63,953 bases of DNA, filler included, from an uncultured bacterium (GCA_965372715.1; 3 parts of 3 records of this genome joined end to end with filler, not necessarily neighbours in it), one strand, 5' to 3'. Positions 1 through 10,366 are shown, counted from the first letter of the whole stretch. Made by a program: numbers and translations. Notes: a model not told the origin generated them from the letters alone.

Positions 1-264
1 GACCACGGAACAGGAGAGACGAAAGAGGCAATTCGCCATGCGGCGAATCGCGGCGGGCGCAGCGATGCGAGGGAGAACCGAAGCGGTACTGCGTCGTTCT
101 GGCACGAGATTCAGCGAATATGGCTGAAAGCGTTGATGCGGCGCAGCCAGAAAGTGTGCAAAAAGCGGCTTTACTCGCTTATAGACCACGAGTTTGCCTT
201 GCCTCGACCCCACATCACACATCCTGAGGGATGGCTTGCACTAAATCCGGTTCAGCCGACGTAG
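1..264 (+). pseudogene. Group II intron RT/maturase C-terminal fragment, interrupted by palindromic insertions
   Basis: Open frame 1-264 with RRSQ and LPxPxIxHP motifs; stop TAG 262-264 lies inside an inserted repeat. Confidence 0.6.
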
Positions 265-431
265 CCCCACCTTCGCTGACCTGTCCGCCAAAGCTTGGCG
301 ACGGCGGAAGCTATGGCGGGCTACTATGGCGAAGTAGGCGTTACCTGCTCGGAAGAGTTCGCCGCGCGGCGAAGAAAGCCGCACGTCCGGTTCTGTGAGG
401 GTGAAAGCCAGTAATGGCTGAACTACTCGAC
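1..431 (+). mobile_element. 3' remnant of a group II intron (maturase C-terminus, damaged domain V, domain VI)
   Basis: Frame 1 reads ...FWHEIQRIWLKALMRRSQK...FALPRPHITHP (resembles the end of intron RT/maturases); 3' half of DV GAAAGCCGCACGTCCGGTTCTGTGAGGG at ~374-401; DVI hairpin AGCCA-GTAA-TGGCT and terminal CTACTCGAC (423-431). Confidence 0.75.
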
Positions 432-526
432 GTGCGCCGCTTTCACTTGCCGCGGCCTGACGCGGCGTGAGCACTGTTGGAGGACGTCCTATTCTCTGGA
501 TCACGGCTTCCAAGTTCAAAACAGAT

Positions 527-590
527 GTCTATCAGAGGGTGGTGTCGAGCCACCACCAATGAAAGCGGCGTCAAGCCGCCGCACTCCAAA
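527..590. repeat. REP-like family B copy (AAAGCGGCGTCAAGCCGCCGCACTCCAAA) within a ~63-bp duplicated block
   Basis: Near-identical to 27760-27822 (one indel, one substitution); inverted copies at 27648-27676 and 63936-63953. Confidence 0.85.
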
Positions 591-744
591 GCGACCATCG
601 GGTGAAGACGCATCGCTACGGATGCAACAAATCAGCCTTGTGAATGGCTCAGGCGAGCTCAAGACGCGATGTCAGGGGCCATCAATCTGATTTTTCGGGT
701 CTCCACATTGGAAAACTCCTTCGTCTCTGAAGACTTGGAAAACG

Positions 745-3700
745 TCAATCCTCAATGTGCAGATACGGCCACACAGGCCCAGGCTCTCCGTCCTTCAATG
801 GGACGAGCTCAACGATGTATGTGCGGTGCATGAGAAGGTCGCGGTCGATGTTGAAGACGCCCGAGAATATGCCGTCCCCGGCGATGACATCATTGCTTCG
901 TCCGTCGTCGCCAAGCTCTGCGCCAAGCGGAGACCCCATGTAGCAAACCTCAATCGCGTCAATGGAGCAATCGCCGACGTAGGCAAACGCCTCGATAGTG
1001 CATTCAGACGGGTTGGTCGCCGTGTTGAACGCGCCGGCCGCGAGGATCGCGCAGGCATCGTCCCCGTTGCCGGGCGCAACCGGTTTCTTGGCGTGCGCAA
1101 TGGCATCTAACATCTGGCCGATTCCTGTGGCCGAAGCCGGATTCGGTTCGGCGAGCTCGTCGCAGAATGAGAACAGAAGCGGCGGCCACTGACCGACGCA
1201 TCCGGCCATCTCGTCGCTCGCGACGATTGAGACGAGGTATTCCCCAACGGCCAAGTCCTCCGGGCCCAAGCTGGCGCTGAATGTCCAGAAGTCATCTCCG
1301 GCGATTGTGTCACCGTCCCGTCCCTCGTCATTGAGAAAAAGGCCGGTCGGCATGTCATCAAGGAAGAGCTCCATCGAAACGGGTGGGGCGGCGGCCGGGT
1401 CCAAGAGCGCCGCGATTTGCGGCTCGCCGCCGGCGGACGCAGAGACCGCGCTTCCGAAGTAGCCCGCGCCAAGGATGCAGTTGGTGGGCCTGCACGAGGC
1501 GCGCGCGAAGTGGGAGAGCGTGTTGGCGTTCTCCTGGCCGAGCGTCAGAGAGTCGAACGTTGCGGGGTCGGACGGAACCGAATCCTGCGCCGGAGACGGC
1601 TCGCTGGACGGCAGCGAGAAGAGCGCTACGTTTATCTCGGAAGCGACTCCGAGATAAGCCTTGGGGACGGCCAGCTCGACGAGGTCCCCAACTGGGGAAT
1701 AGCTCAAAGTAGCGCCGATGGACTCAAGCCCGAGCTCCGACCAGCCGCTTGCCCCGGAGTACTCATAGAGCTTACAGTAGCGAAACGCCTCCCAGTCGAG
1801 CCAGGGGACCCACGTAATGTGTCTGAGGTAGATCTCGGCATCGACCGCAAACGCCGGGTCGAACGTCACGTAGTTGCCTCCTGCGTCGGTGCTCTGCCCT
1901 TCAACGCCTGTATAGCCTCCGTCTTGATAGTCGATTGCGAGAACGTAAGACATGTCGTCCTCCCTGCAAGTCGCCGCGAAAGCGAAGTGCCAGTAGTCGG
2001 CGTCAGCATACGCATAGAGCGTAGAGACGTCGTATTCAGCATCGTCGAAATCGAGCGTCGGATCGACCGCAATCGGTCTTAAGCCCTCGTTACACCAGTC
2101 GGTGAGGTCGCCGTCGATGCAGACGAGAGATGATGCGGTGTTGACGACGAACCAGCCCTCCTTGCCATCCTCCGCCTCGGCACGGACGACGTAGATCTTG
2201 AACCCCTCCACAGGCTCGAAGCTGTAATCGAACGTAGGCCCAAATGCCATACTTCGCGCGACAACCTGCACGTCGGTGGCGTTGACGAGCTTAAAACCGA
2301 GGACAGACGAATCGGAGTCGATTGAGGCCCACACGGTCTTCTGCTGACTGTTGGTATAGCTCGGCAAGGACTGATTGTTCATGAAATCGGGATTCGTTGG
2401 CTCAAAGGTCGGCACCTCGTTCGCTTCGCCGCCCTGAAAGCCGGGGACCCGAAGCGCCGGATCGCCGAGCAATACAAACCCGAAGAGGGTCCGTCGCACG
2501 AGGAAATCCTCCCAGTCATTCTCCGAGAGGAATCTGGTAACAGCCCCGGTATAGAGCCCTCCGAGGTCTGTCTCGCCGGCCGCGTAGCTTGCGAAAACGC
2601 TCTCGGTCATGCCGCCCATGTGCTCCTGTTTGGTCACGACCAGGTTGCCGTTATCGAACGCCTGGGTCGCTATCCCGGCATTGATTCGCGTGCCGCCCAA
2701 GTAGGCAATCCCGCCGGCCATCGACAGCACGACCCCCTCGCCAAACGACCGGGAATACCCAGAAGTGTCGAACTGGCCGCAGATGCAGGCGATCGAAACG
2801 ACGATGGGAAGCTGGAACTCCGAAGGACTGTAGCCGAAAAGGTCAGTGCTCGAGATCATCCCGTCATCAACCATGATGCCCGGCCCAAAGCCGTGGCCGG
2901 AGTTATAGAGGAACCCGTAGCCGCCGTCCCTGAGCGCGTCCGATACAACCTCAACCGTGTAGCGGCTATCAGTCCCAAACGCCTTCGTAACTGCCATCCC
3001 ATCGAAATAGCCCTCGTTCAGCATGTCAACCGACATCAGCTCGCCGTAGTAATACGGCGTGCGGAACGGCCGACTGCCGGCGACCATGACATTGTCGAAC
3101 CACGACCTATCGAGGCTATCTCGCCAGGTCCGGATTTTGAGCGCCACGAGCCCTGCCTCGGAAGTGTCGCTGGCCGGAAGCCGGCCGACCTTATAGTTGG
3201 GCACGAGGTCGTAGTCAGGAGACGAGTATAGGAAATCCGTTGGTATCCAGTCTTGGTCCATGCCCAGGCCAGAATCAGCGTCGTGATAGTAATAGCTGGC
3301 GGGCACGTTCGCCCCATTCCCCAGTATCGTCACGTATTCGAGCGAAGGGTGTGCGTCCGTATCCCTTAAATACGAGATGACCCTCTTCGCCAGCGAGTAG
3401 TTGTAGGAAATCGGTATGACAGGCGAGCCATAGGGGTAGCCGTCGTAAGGCGGGTCCTCCGCCTCATCGTAGCTGAAGAAAATCGATTCTATGGTAACCA
3501 CATCTGTCTCGATTCCATCCTCCTCGTGCACTAGCGCCAACTCATCCGCCGCGGCGGACATATAATCTGGGCAGATGATGACGCACCGAGGGCCATCCAG
3601 TGTCAGAATGGGGGAGGCGCCCTCAGAATCGAGCGAGTAGTCAACCCGAATAACGGCCTCAGTCACAACGCAGACGCGATTCTGGGCCGGATAGAAAACG

Positions 3701-4257
3701 AGCGGATAGAACTGAATCGTCAAAACGGTCTGCTTCCCGTCGGTCCCGACGTAATACCTGACGAGTTCTCGCGGGAAGGGTAAGTTGCTTCGATAGATCG
3801 ATGCGTCCTCGCGAAGCTGTGTTGGCATTCCGTCAAAGGACCAGAACGCGGGCTCAGGCGCCGGGCTGAGCCTCAGACGCTCGTCAATCCAGGCGATCGT
3901 GCCCGAAACAACGGACACGGATTCAACCGTCGCGCTTCTCGGCAGCGCTTGGCGTATCGCTTTCATCGGCAGCTGAGGCGCCCCGGGCCTTCGGGATGAG
4001 AGCGCGCAGCCCTCGATCAGCACTGTTGACCAGCCGCCGGGCGTGCGAAGAATTTGCATCTGACTCTCGGAAAGCACAAAGCGGACCTCCTTGCTCTCTG
4101 CGGCTTTGGTGGGATTGCCGAGATCGACACCGTCAACAGAACTCAATGCCCGAGGGCTGAGCAATGTGATCTCTTGAGTTGCCCAAATAGTAACCGGTGA
4201 ATAGGTGAGCCCAACACATATCGCGCAGCAAAGCAGTAATGATGTGTGAAATCGCAC
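745..4257 (-). CDS. Secreted C25 (gingipain-like) cysteine peptidase with propeptide, DOMON-like module and two choice-of-anchor-X-like C-terminal repeats
   Basis: Signal peptide; propeptide-like PGAPQLP; ILG-N, PTDFLY, VGRLP, catalytic-type SGHG and SIAC, LLGDPAL; IDGDLTDW module; two LxDxGxxxDxIAGDxxWT/FS repeats. Confidence 0.8.
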   Translation of the reverse strand: MRFHTSLLLCCAICVGLTYSPVTIWATQEITLLSPRALSSVDGVDLGNPTKAAESKEVRFVLSESQMQILRTPGGWSTVLIEGCALSSRRPGAPQLPMKAIRQALPRSATVESVSVVSGTIAWIDERLRLSPAPEPAFWSFDGMPTQLREDASIYRSNLPFPRELVRYYVGTDGKQTVLTIQFYPLVFYPAQNRVCVVTEAVIRVDYSLDSEGASPILTLDGPRCVIICPDYMSAAADELALVHEEDGIETDVVTIESIFFSYDEAEDPPYDGYPYGSPVIPISYNYSLAKRVISYLRDTDAHPSLEYVTILGNGANVPASYYYHDADSGLGMDQDWIPTDFLYSSPDYDLVPNYKVGRLPASDTSEAGLVALKIRTWRDSLDRSWFDNVMVAGSRPFRTPYYYGELMSVDMLNEGYFDGMAVTKAFGTDSRYTVEVVSDALRDGGYGFLYNSGHGFGPGIMVDDGMISSTDLFGYSPSEFQLPIVVSIACICGQFDTSGYSRSFGEGVVLSMAGGIAYLGGTRINAGIATQAFDNGNLVVTKQEHMGGMTESVFASYAAGETDLGGLYTGAVTRFLSENDWEDFLVRRTLFGFVLLGDPALRVPGFQGGEANEVPTFEPTNPDFMNNQSLPSYTNSQQKTVWASIDSDSSVLGFKLVNATDVQVVARSMAFGPTFDYSFEPVEGFKIYVVRAEAEDGKEGWFVVNTASSLVCIDGDLTDWCNEGLRPIAVDPTLDFDDAEYDVSTLYAYADADYWHFAFAATCREDDMSYVLAIDYQDGGYTGVEGQSTDAGGNYVTFDPAFAVDAEIYLRHITWVPWLDWEAFRYCKLYEYSGASGWSELGLESIGATLSYSPVGDLVELAVPKAYLGVASEINVALFSLPSSEPSPAQDSVPSDPATFDSLTLGQENANTLSHFARASCRPTNCILGAGYFGSAVSASAGGEPQIAALLDPAAAPPVSMELFLDDMPTGLFLNDEGRDGDTIAGDDFWTFSASLGPEDLAVGEYLVSIVASDEMAGCVGQWPPLLFSFCDELAEPNPASATGIGQMLDAIAHAKKPVAPGNGDDACAILAAGAFNTATNPSECTIEAFAYVGDCSIDAIEVCYMGSPLGAELGDDGRSNDVIAGDGIFSGVFNIDRDLLMHRTYIVELVPLKDGEPGPVWPYLHIED

Positions 4258-4346
4258 GGACTTTTTCTCCCTTTAGTGATGCTCTGGTCTTTTTGGCGAT
4301 TCTTCGAGATGTGCCCACGACGGTCCGTCCGCGCGTGGCTTATCCG

Positions 4347-5792
4347 TTACAGCAACGAGCTGTTTATGTATTCAATCGCCTTTGTTAGCCTTTCAACAGT
4401 CCTTTCCTTGCCGAGCGCCTCGACAAGGTGGAATAGGCTGGGGCCGACGGTCCGGCCCGAGCAGGCGAGCCTCGTTGGGTGGATGACCTTCCCCGCTATG
4501 ATCCCGAGCTCCTCGGCGAGGCCACGTATGATCGATTCGATCGTCTCCAGCGATAAGTCCTCGGCGGCCTCAAATCGCTGCTTAAGGCGCGTCAGCACGT
4601 CGATAATCTGCGGGCTCTTGAAATGCTTGCGCACACCCCGCTCGTCGTAGTCGAAGTCCGTGGTGAAGAAATACCTCGCCGCCTCCGGATAGTCGGTCAG
4701 TTTTTTGACGCGCTCCTGTAACAGGACGAGTATCTCGCTGATCCAATCGGCATGCGTGGCCGCGAAATCATCATCTATAAGCCCTGAATCGACGAGCAGC
4801 GGCTTGACCCGCCCGAAAAGCTCATCCGGCGGCAGATTCTTCACATATTCGCTGTTCATCCACTCGAGCTTTTTTACGTCGAAGACGGCGTTCGACATAC
4901 TGATGCCCTCCAGGCTGAACGCCGCCATCAGCTCCGGACGCGTCATGATCTCCCTGTTATCCCCGGGCGACCAGCCCAACAGAGCAAGGAAATTGGTCAT
5001 TGCCTCGGGCATGAAGCCTGATTTGCGATAGTCCGAGACGGCCACGGCCGCGTTCCGCTTGCTCAGCTTCGACCTGTTTGGCGCGAGTATTAGCGGGACG
5101 TGCGCAAATTGCGGCGCCTTATAGCCCAGCGCCTCATATAGCATCACCTGCTTTGGGATGTTATTGTAATGATCGTCGCCCCGAACGACGTGCGTTATCT
5201 GCATGTCGTGGTCGTCAACGACGACGGCCAGCTGATATGTGGGCGAGCCGTCGGCTTTCTTGATGACGAAGTCGCCGATCTCCTTGTGGTTGAAGCTGAT
5301 CTCGCCGTGGACCGTGTCCATTACTGCGGTTGTGCCCTCCGGAACGAGGAATCGAACCGCCTTCGGGGTGCCCTCGTTGAGCAGCCTCTGCTTCTCGCGT
5401 TCCGGAAGGTTCAAGCATCTACGGTCGTATCGAAAGCCGCCCTTCTTCCGAGCCTCCTCGCGCGTGACCTTGAGCTTCTCCGCGTCGCAGAAGCAGTAGT
5501 AGGCACTCCCGTCGGCGAGCAGCTTCTCGACAGCGGCATTATAGAGCTCGAATCGCTCCGACTGGTAGAACGGCCCTTCGTCCCAATCAAGCCCAAGCCA
5601 TCTCATTGATTCAAGAATCTGGGCGACCATGCTCTCTTCTGAGCGGGCGAGGTCCGTGTCCTCGATCCTGAGCACGAACTTGCCGCCGTGTTCCCTACAG
5701 AAAAGCCAATTGAAAAGCGCGGTCCTCGCCCCACCTACGTGAAGATACCCTGTGGGAGAAGGCGCAAATCTAACGCGGATGTTCTCAGTCAT
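4347..5792 (-). CDS. gltX: Glutamate--tRNA ligase
   Basis: RVRFAPSPTGYLHVGG (HIGH), LRIEDTD, RGDDH, KLSKR; start moved to MTENIRV at 5792. Confidence 0.95.
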   Translation of the reverse strand: MTENIRVRFAPSPTGYLHVGGARTALFNWLFCREHGGKFVLRIEDTDLARSEESMVAQILESMRWLGLDWDEGPFYQSERFELYNAAVEKLLADGSAYYCFCDAEKLKVTREEARKKGGFRYDRRCLNLPEREKQRLLNEGTPKAVRFLVPEGTTAVMDTVHGEISFNHKEIGDFVIKKADGSPTYQLAVVVDDHDMQITHVVRGDDHYNNIPKQVMLYEALGYKAPQFAHVPLILAPNRSKLSKRNAAVAVSDYRKSGFMPEAMTNFLALLGWSPGDNREIMTRPELMAAFSLEGISMSNAVFDVKKLEWMNSEYVKNLPPDELFGRVKPLLVDSGLIDDDFAATHADWISEILVLLQERVKKLTDYPEAARYFFTTDFDYDERGVRKHFKSPQIIDVLTRLKQRFEAAEDLSLETIESIIRGLAEELGIIAGKVIHPTRLACSGRTVGPSLFHLVEALGKERTVERLTKAIEYINSSLL

Positions 5793-6028
5793 TGCTCTCC
5801 TACCAAGTATGGTGCGCGATACCCACCGCGATTGCTCTTGCGAGGCTTCAGCCCGAAACAGATCGTAATGCAAGACCGTCCAGTGTGTCAATTCTCCGCC
5901 TCTGTTCGCAACCCCCCTCATTTCTGGTATGTTTTACTGTAAACCTGGAGTGAACTGTGGCGGGCGGCGGTCTATTGCCTAGTATCGACCTTTGAAACAG
6001 GAACAATTGCGCATGGGATACTGACACA

Positions 6029-7789
6029 ATGTCAGCCAAGAAGGCGAAGTCTCGCAGAGATTCCGAGCGGCTTTTTCGGCGGATCCTTGTTTACGTAAGA
6101 CCATACCGATTCAGGCTCGTCGTTGCGATCATCGCATCAAGCGCAGTCGCAGGCGCCAACGTAGGCCTCATATCGCGCCTCAAGCCATACATGGATGATG
6201 TGATTGTCGCCAAGAGGATGGACCTCATTGTCGCCATCGGTCTGTCTATGGTGGCTCTGGGCGTCCTGATATGCGTCATGAGCTATCTTTCCACGTATCT
6301 CATCAAATACGTTGGCCACAGCGTCGTCAGGGACCTGCGATGTGACCTATACAAGCACATTCACACGCTGTCTCTGCGCTTCTTCCAGAAGGAGTCAACG
6401 GGCGTTCTCATCTCAAGGATCACCAACGACATCTCAAAGGTGAGGGACCTCGTGACAAGAGACCTTGCAGACCTCATTCAAAGCCTCTTCAAGACCGTGG
6501 CCCTTCTCGGCTACGCGTTTTACACCAGCTGGGAGTTCTCCCTGCTCGCGCTGATTCTGCTTCCGATCTGCGCCATCCCAATACTTCATCTTGGCAGGAA
6601 GATGAGGCGCACAAGCAGGCAAGCGCAGACGAGAATAGCCGGCATCACCGCATTGATGCACGAGGCGATCTCCGGGGCAAGGGTCGTCAAAGCGTTCGGA
6701 ATGGAGGGATTTGAGGTCAAGCGGTTCTACAAGCAGGCAATGAAGTACTTCGGCGTCCTGATGCGCGCGGCGCGCGTTTCGTCTCTCTCAAGCCCGTTTG
6801 TGCAGCTGATCGGCGTAGCCGCCGGGGCAGTTGTGTTGATCGTAGGCGGCTATCGCGTCGCAGGCGGCGCTATGACAGCTGGGGAGCTTACCGCACTGCT
6901 GCTTGCATTGGGAATGATCTACGAGCCGGCGAAGAAGCTCAGTAGGATCAATGTGTCCGTTCAAAAGGCCTTTGGTGCGGCGGAACGAGTCTTTGAGATA
7001 ATGGACACCAAGCCCATAATCGCTGATGCGCCAGATGCTGTTGAGCTGCCTATCATATCCAAGGGCATCGTGTTTGATGGAGTCTCGTTCAGCTACGACG
7101 ATGGTCCGGTTTTGGAGAACATCAGCTTCGAGATCCCCAGAGGGCATATTCTGGCACTTGTGGGCCGCAGCGGCTCTGGCAAGACGACCATCGCAAACCT
7201 GCTGCCTCGTTTCTACGACCCGACACGCGGCTCGATTGGAATAGACGGTGTCGATATCAGGCAGGCAACGCTCCAATCGCTTAGGTCGCAGATCGGCATC
7301 GTCACGCAGGAGGTCATCCTTTTCAACGCATCCATTCGGGACAACATCGCGTATGGGCGGGCAGACCTGCCGGATGAGAAGGTGGTTGAGGCGGCAAGGG
7401 CCGCGAACGCCCACGAGTTTATTATGTCGTTGCCCGAGGGCTATAGCACGAACATCCAGGAGGCCGGCTCACGGCTGTCCGGTGGTGAGAGGCAGAGGAT
7501 ATCGATAGCGCGTGCCATACTGAAAAGCCCGCCGATCTTGATCCTGGACGAGGCAACGTCATCGCTCGATACTCACGCGGAGATGCTCGTCCAACAGGCG
7601 ATCATGAACCTCGTCAAAAACCGCACAGTGCTCATAATTGCGCACCGCCTCTCAACGATCCGCGCAGCCGACACGATTCTCGTCATTGATAAGGGCCACA
7701 TCGTCGAGCAAGGCTCCCACACCACCCTCATGGAGCAAGGCGGCGCCTACAAACATCTCTACGACCTCCAGTTCCGGGACCCGGACTAG
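6029..7789 (+). CDS. msbA: ABC exporter, lipid A flippase MsbA-like
   Basis: 6-TM domain plus NBD: GRSGSGKTT, LSGGERQR, ILDEATSSLD, IAHRLST. Confidence 0.8.
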   Translation: MSAKKAKSRRDSERLFRRILVYVRPYRFRLVVAIIASSAVAGANVGLISRLKPYMDDVIVAKRMDLIVAIGLSMVALGVLICVMSYLSTYLIKYVGHSVVRDLRCDLYKHIHTLSLRFFQKESTGVLISRITNDISKVRDLVTRDLADLIQSLFKTVALLGYAFYTSWEFSLLALILLPICAIPILHLGRKMRRTSRQAQTRIAGITALMHEAISGARVVKAFGMEGFEVKRFYKQAMKYFGVLMRAARVSSLSSPFVQLIGVAAGAVVLIVGGYRVAGGAMTAGELTALLLALGMIYEPAKKLSRINVSVQKAFGAAERVFEIMDTKPIIADAPDAVELPIISKGIVFDGVSFSYDDGPVLENISFEIPRGHILALVGRSGSGKTTIANLLPRFYDPTRGSIGIDGVDIRQATLQSLRSQIGIVTQEVILFNASIRDNIAYGRADLPDEKVVEAARAANAHEFIMSLPEGYSTNIQEAGSRLSGGERQRISIARAILKSPPILILDEATSSLDTHAEMLVQQAIMNLVKNRTVLIIAHRLSTIRAADTILVIDKGHIVEQGSHTTLMEQGGAYKHLYDLQFRDPD

Positions 7790-7864
7790 CAAGCCTCATT
7801 ATTAGGTTGGTGGAGCGCACCACAGGGACGCCTTGGGCGCTGGGACATGATTCGGTGGAGCTGT

Positions 7865-7937
7865 GTAGGGGCACCGCTTGCCGTGCCCTTCTCCGATGTG
7901 AATGAACCCATCAAGGGCGGGGCAAGCACCGCCTCTT
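7865..7937. repeat. GTAG-type REP doublet (family A)
   Basis: GTAGGGGCACCGCTTGCCGTGCCCT...AGGGCGGGGCAAGCACCGCCTCT; related copies at 14833, 19705, 29061, 31768, 31979, 61889. Confidence 0.8.
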
Positions 7938-8292
7938 GTATGTTACCCTACAGGCCGATTCCGATAATCGCACCGCAAATGAAAACTGCCGCGTCGATCT
8001 TGACAATCCACCAAATTGCATGTTAGCTATCATACGGAATAGGACACAATCCTTAGTCAAGTCAGAACCGGAGCAGCAATTGGTATGGCCAAGAGAGGCA
8101 TTAGTGCGAGCATCCTGTTGGCGCGTTTCTCGAGTGGCGGGAACCATGAAGCAGGGAACTAGCGGGTTCGCAAAATTCGACGTCATCATACCGGCCGCGG
8201 TTGGGTGCGCTCTCTGTTGGCTCAATGGTCTCGTCATGGCACTGGCAGGAAAGAAGGGGAGTCAAGAGACATAAGGTACAAGGAGATTTCCG

Positions 8293-8736
8293 ATGAATAG
8301 ACTTCGCGCGATTCCACTGCTTCTCACGGCCCTGCTCGTCGTAGGCAGCTGCGCGCAGGCCGACTGGGATGACTGCCGTGGCCTCGGGCTGTTCCCCTAT
8401 TGGCAGCACGGCGGCGATTGGTACACGCTACTCGGTTTCATAAATACGTGGGAGGACACGAGCGACCTGATACACATCCGATTTCGCGACCGTTTCGGGG
8501 CCTACTGTTCTGACATAACGAGCGACATGTATTCTATTCGGCAACGTGAGATGATCTGGTTCTCAACTTCGCCGGCGGACGCTCGGCATTGGATCCCGAC
8601 GACGAGCAGCTTCGGATATATCAAGTTCCGTAACTACGCGGGCGCCGGATGGGTACATGCGTTTTGCCTCGTCTATAATCGTGTCACGGGCAAAGGATGC
8701 GTCGTCCCTGCGTTTCGTGAAGATGAGGGCTTCTGA
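8293..8736 (+). CDS. Small secreted hypothetical protein
   Basis: AAGGAG RBS, signal peptide ending AQA, 147 aa, aromatic/Cys-containing beta-rich sequence. Confidence 0.7.
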   Translation: MNRLRAIPLLLTALLVVGSCAQADWDDCRGLGLFPYWQHGGDWYTLLGFINTWEDTSDLIHIRFRDRFGAYCSDITSDMYSIRQREMIWFSTSPADARHWIPTTSSFGYIKFRNYAGAGWVHAFCLVYNRVTGKGCVVPAFREDEGF

Positions 8737-8744
8737 CCCCTCTG

Positions 8745-10280
8745 CTAGAACCCGCCAGTGGGTATCTGGCCGAAGAGATACTTGATGTCGTCCTCGCGGA
8801 AGAGCAGGCCAAAACCCGTGTAGAACGAGCGACGCTCCTCGTTTAGTATCTGGTCAACGCCCGCTGTTATGTAGAACGCCTTATAGACGTCGAACCGGCC
8901 AGCAAACTTCAGGTGCGGGTCGTAATCGTCGTCGCCAAAATCAAAGGCCTCAAGCGTGAACGTGACCCGGTCATCCAGCAGGTCGAGATCGCCCGCGACG
9001 CCGCCCTCGGATTCGATCAGGCCGCCACGCAGCGTCAGCGGACCAAAGCGCCTCGCATACTGAAGGCTGAAGAGTGGTTTCTTCTCAATCCTGCGCGTCT
9101 CTGTGTATTTGTGCGTCCTGACGAGTTTGACCAGGCCACCCTCCTCCGTCGCGGTCTCAGTGAATTTGTATTCCTCGACAGTCGTCTCCTTACCGTAAGG
9201 GTCGTTGGCGATCTCTAAAAGGAAATATCTGTCGTCCTGCGGCTGGAGCTTCACGGTCAGGTAGTTCTTGAACTCGGACTCGTCTGTCAGATACTCGCCG
9301 CGGTAGCCCAGATAGGCCTTCATGCCGCTCATCTTGCCCAGAAACTCCTTGGCCGAGCTCATCGTCTCACGGAAATCGGAGAGCGTCTTCGTGAGCTCCT
9401 CATGGACGGTATCGTCGGTCACGAGCTTCCCGACCGTGCCTTTGCCCTCCTTGACGTCCCTCGTGATGCCCTGAACATCTGCTAAGACCTCGTCGAGGCG
9501 CCCAGAGGCGGCACTGAGATTGGATATCATCTCCTTGAACTCGTCCTCGCTGCCTGAGAGCACCGAATCTGCCCGATCGGCAATCCGTTCAACCTTCTGC
9601 ATTATTCTGGGCGTGATGTCGCGAAGCGTCTCAGCGAACTCGCGAATCGCGGCGACCGTTCGGTCCACGTCCTCGCGGTTTTGGGTCAGGAGCAGGTTCA
9701 TGTTGGAGATGGTCTCGTCGAGCTTCTGGATTATGCCTCGCAGCTGCTCCTCGCCCTCGCGGGTGCAGATGACGTTCTTGACCGATTCGGACACGAGCTT
9801 CACGTCGTCCGCGATGAGGCTGAGTTTGGTCATGAGCTCGGTCGTGCTGCCGGCGAGCTCAGAAAAGCCGGGCGACTTCTCTCCGGCGAACTCGGTGCCT
9901 TGCTGAGCCAAGGCCGCGGTTACGGAAACCGGCGTGAACTCCAGGTATGAGCCGCCGACCATCGACTGCGTTGTAACTTTCGCCTTCGCATCCACCCTGA
10001 GCTGGGCCGTGCGATCGACCGCCGCCTCGACCGCCGCCTTGGCGTTCCTAAGGTAGATCCGCATGACGCGGCCAACGATGACACCCGCCACGCGAACCTC
10101 GGCCTTCTCCTCGAGCCCGCCCACCGTGTCGAACACCACATAGACGCTGATCCTGTCCTGCCGCTCGGTCAGCGGAATCTCGCCCACACGCACGCTCAAA
10201 TAGAACAGGATGGCAATGCCGATAACGGCAAAAAGCCCCACCTTAAGGGCTAAAGTTCTCTCTTTCAGCGTTCGTTCCAT
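8745..10280 (-). CDS. mlaD: MCE/MlaD family lipid transport protein with long helical region and C-terminal beta domain
   Basis: N-terminal TM KVGLF, MCE motif GLEEKAEVRVAGVIVGRV, GKGTVGKLV repeat. Confidence 0.85.
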   Translation of the reverse strand: MERTLKERTLALKVGLFAVIGIAILFYLSVRVGEIPLTERQDRISVYVVFDTVGGLEEKAEVRVAGVIVGRVMRIYLRNAKAAVEAAVDRTAQLRVDAKAKVTTQSMVGGSYLEFTPVSVTAALAQQGTEFAGEKSPGFSELAGSTTELMTKLSLIADDVKLVSESVKNVICTREGEEQLRGIIQKLDETISNMNLLLTQNREDVDRTVAAIREFAETLRDITPRIMQKVERIADRADSVLSGSEDEFKEMISNLSAASGRLDEVLADVQGITRDVKEGKGTVGKLVTDDTVHEELTKTLSDFRETMSSAKEFLGKMSGMKAYLGYRGEYLTDESEFKNYLTVKLQPQDDRYFLLEIANDPYGKETTVEEYKFTETATEEGGLVKLVRTHKYTETRRIEKKPLFSLQYARRFGPLTLRGGLIESEGGVAGDLDLLDDRVTFTLEAFDFGDDDYDPHLKFAGRFDVYKAFYITAGVDQILNEERRSFYTGFGLLFREDDIKYLFGQIPTGGF

Positions 10281-10366
10281 CAAAGACTCTCAGCGGCAAT
10301 TGTGCACGAGATACTATCGCTCAATCATACGTACTTCTCATCTCACTGAAAGCAGTTTCCAAGTCC

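Noticed and set aside
5793-6028. tRNA expected near gltX (also upstream of tig, 19070-19200)
   Set aside because: No T-loop GTTCRA cloverleaf found; 19110-19132 is only a simple hairpin.
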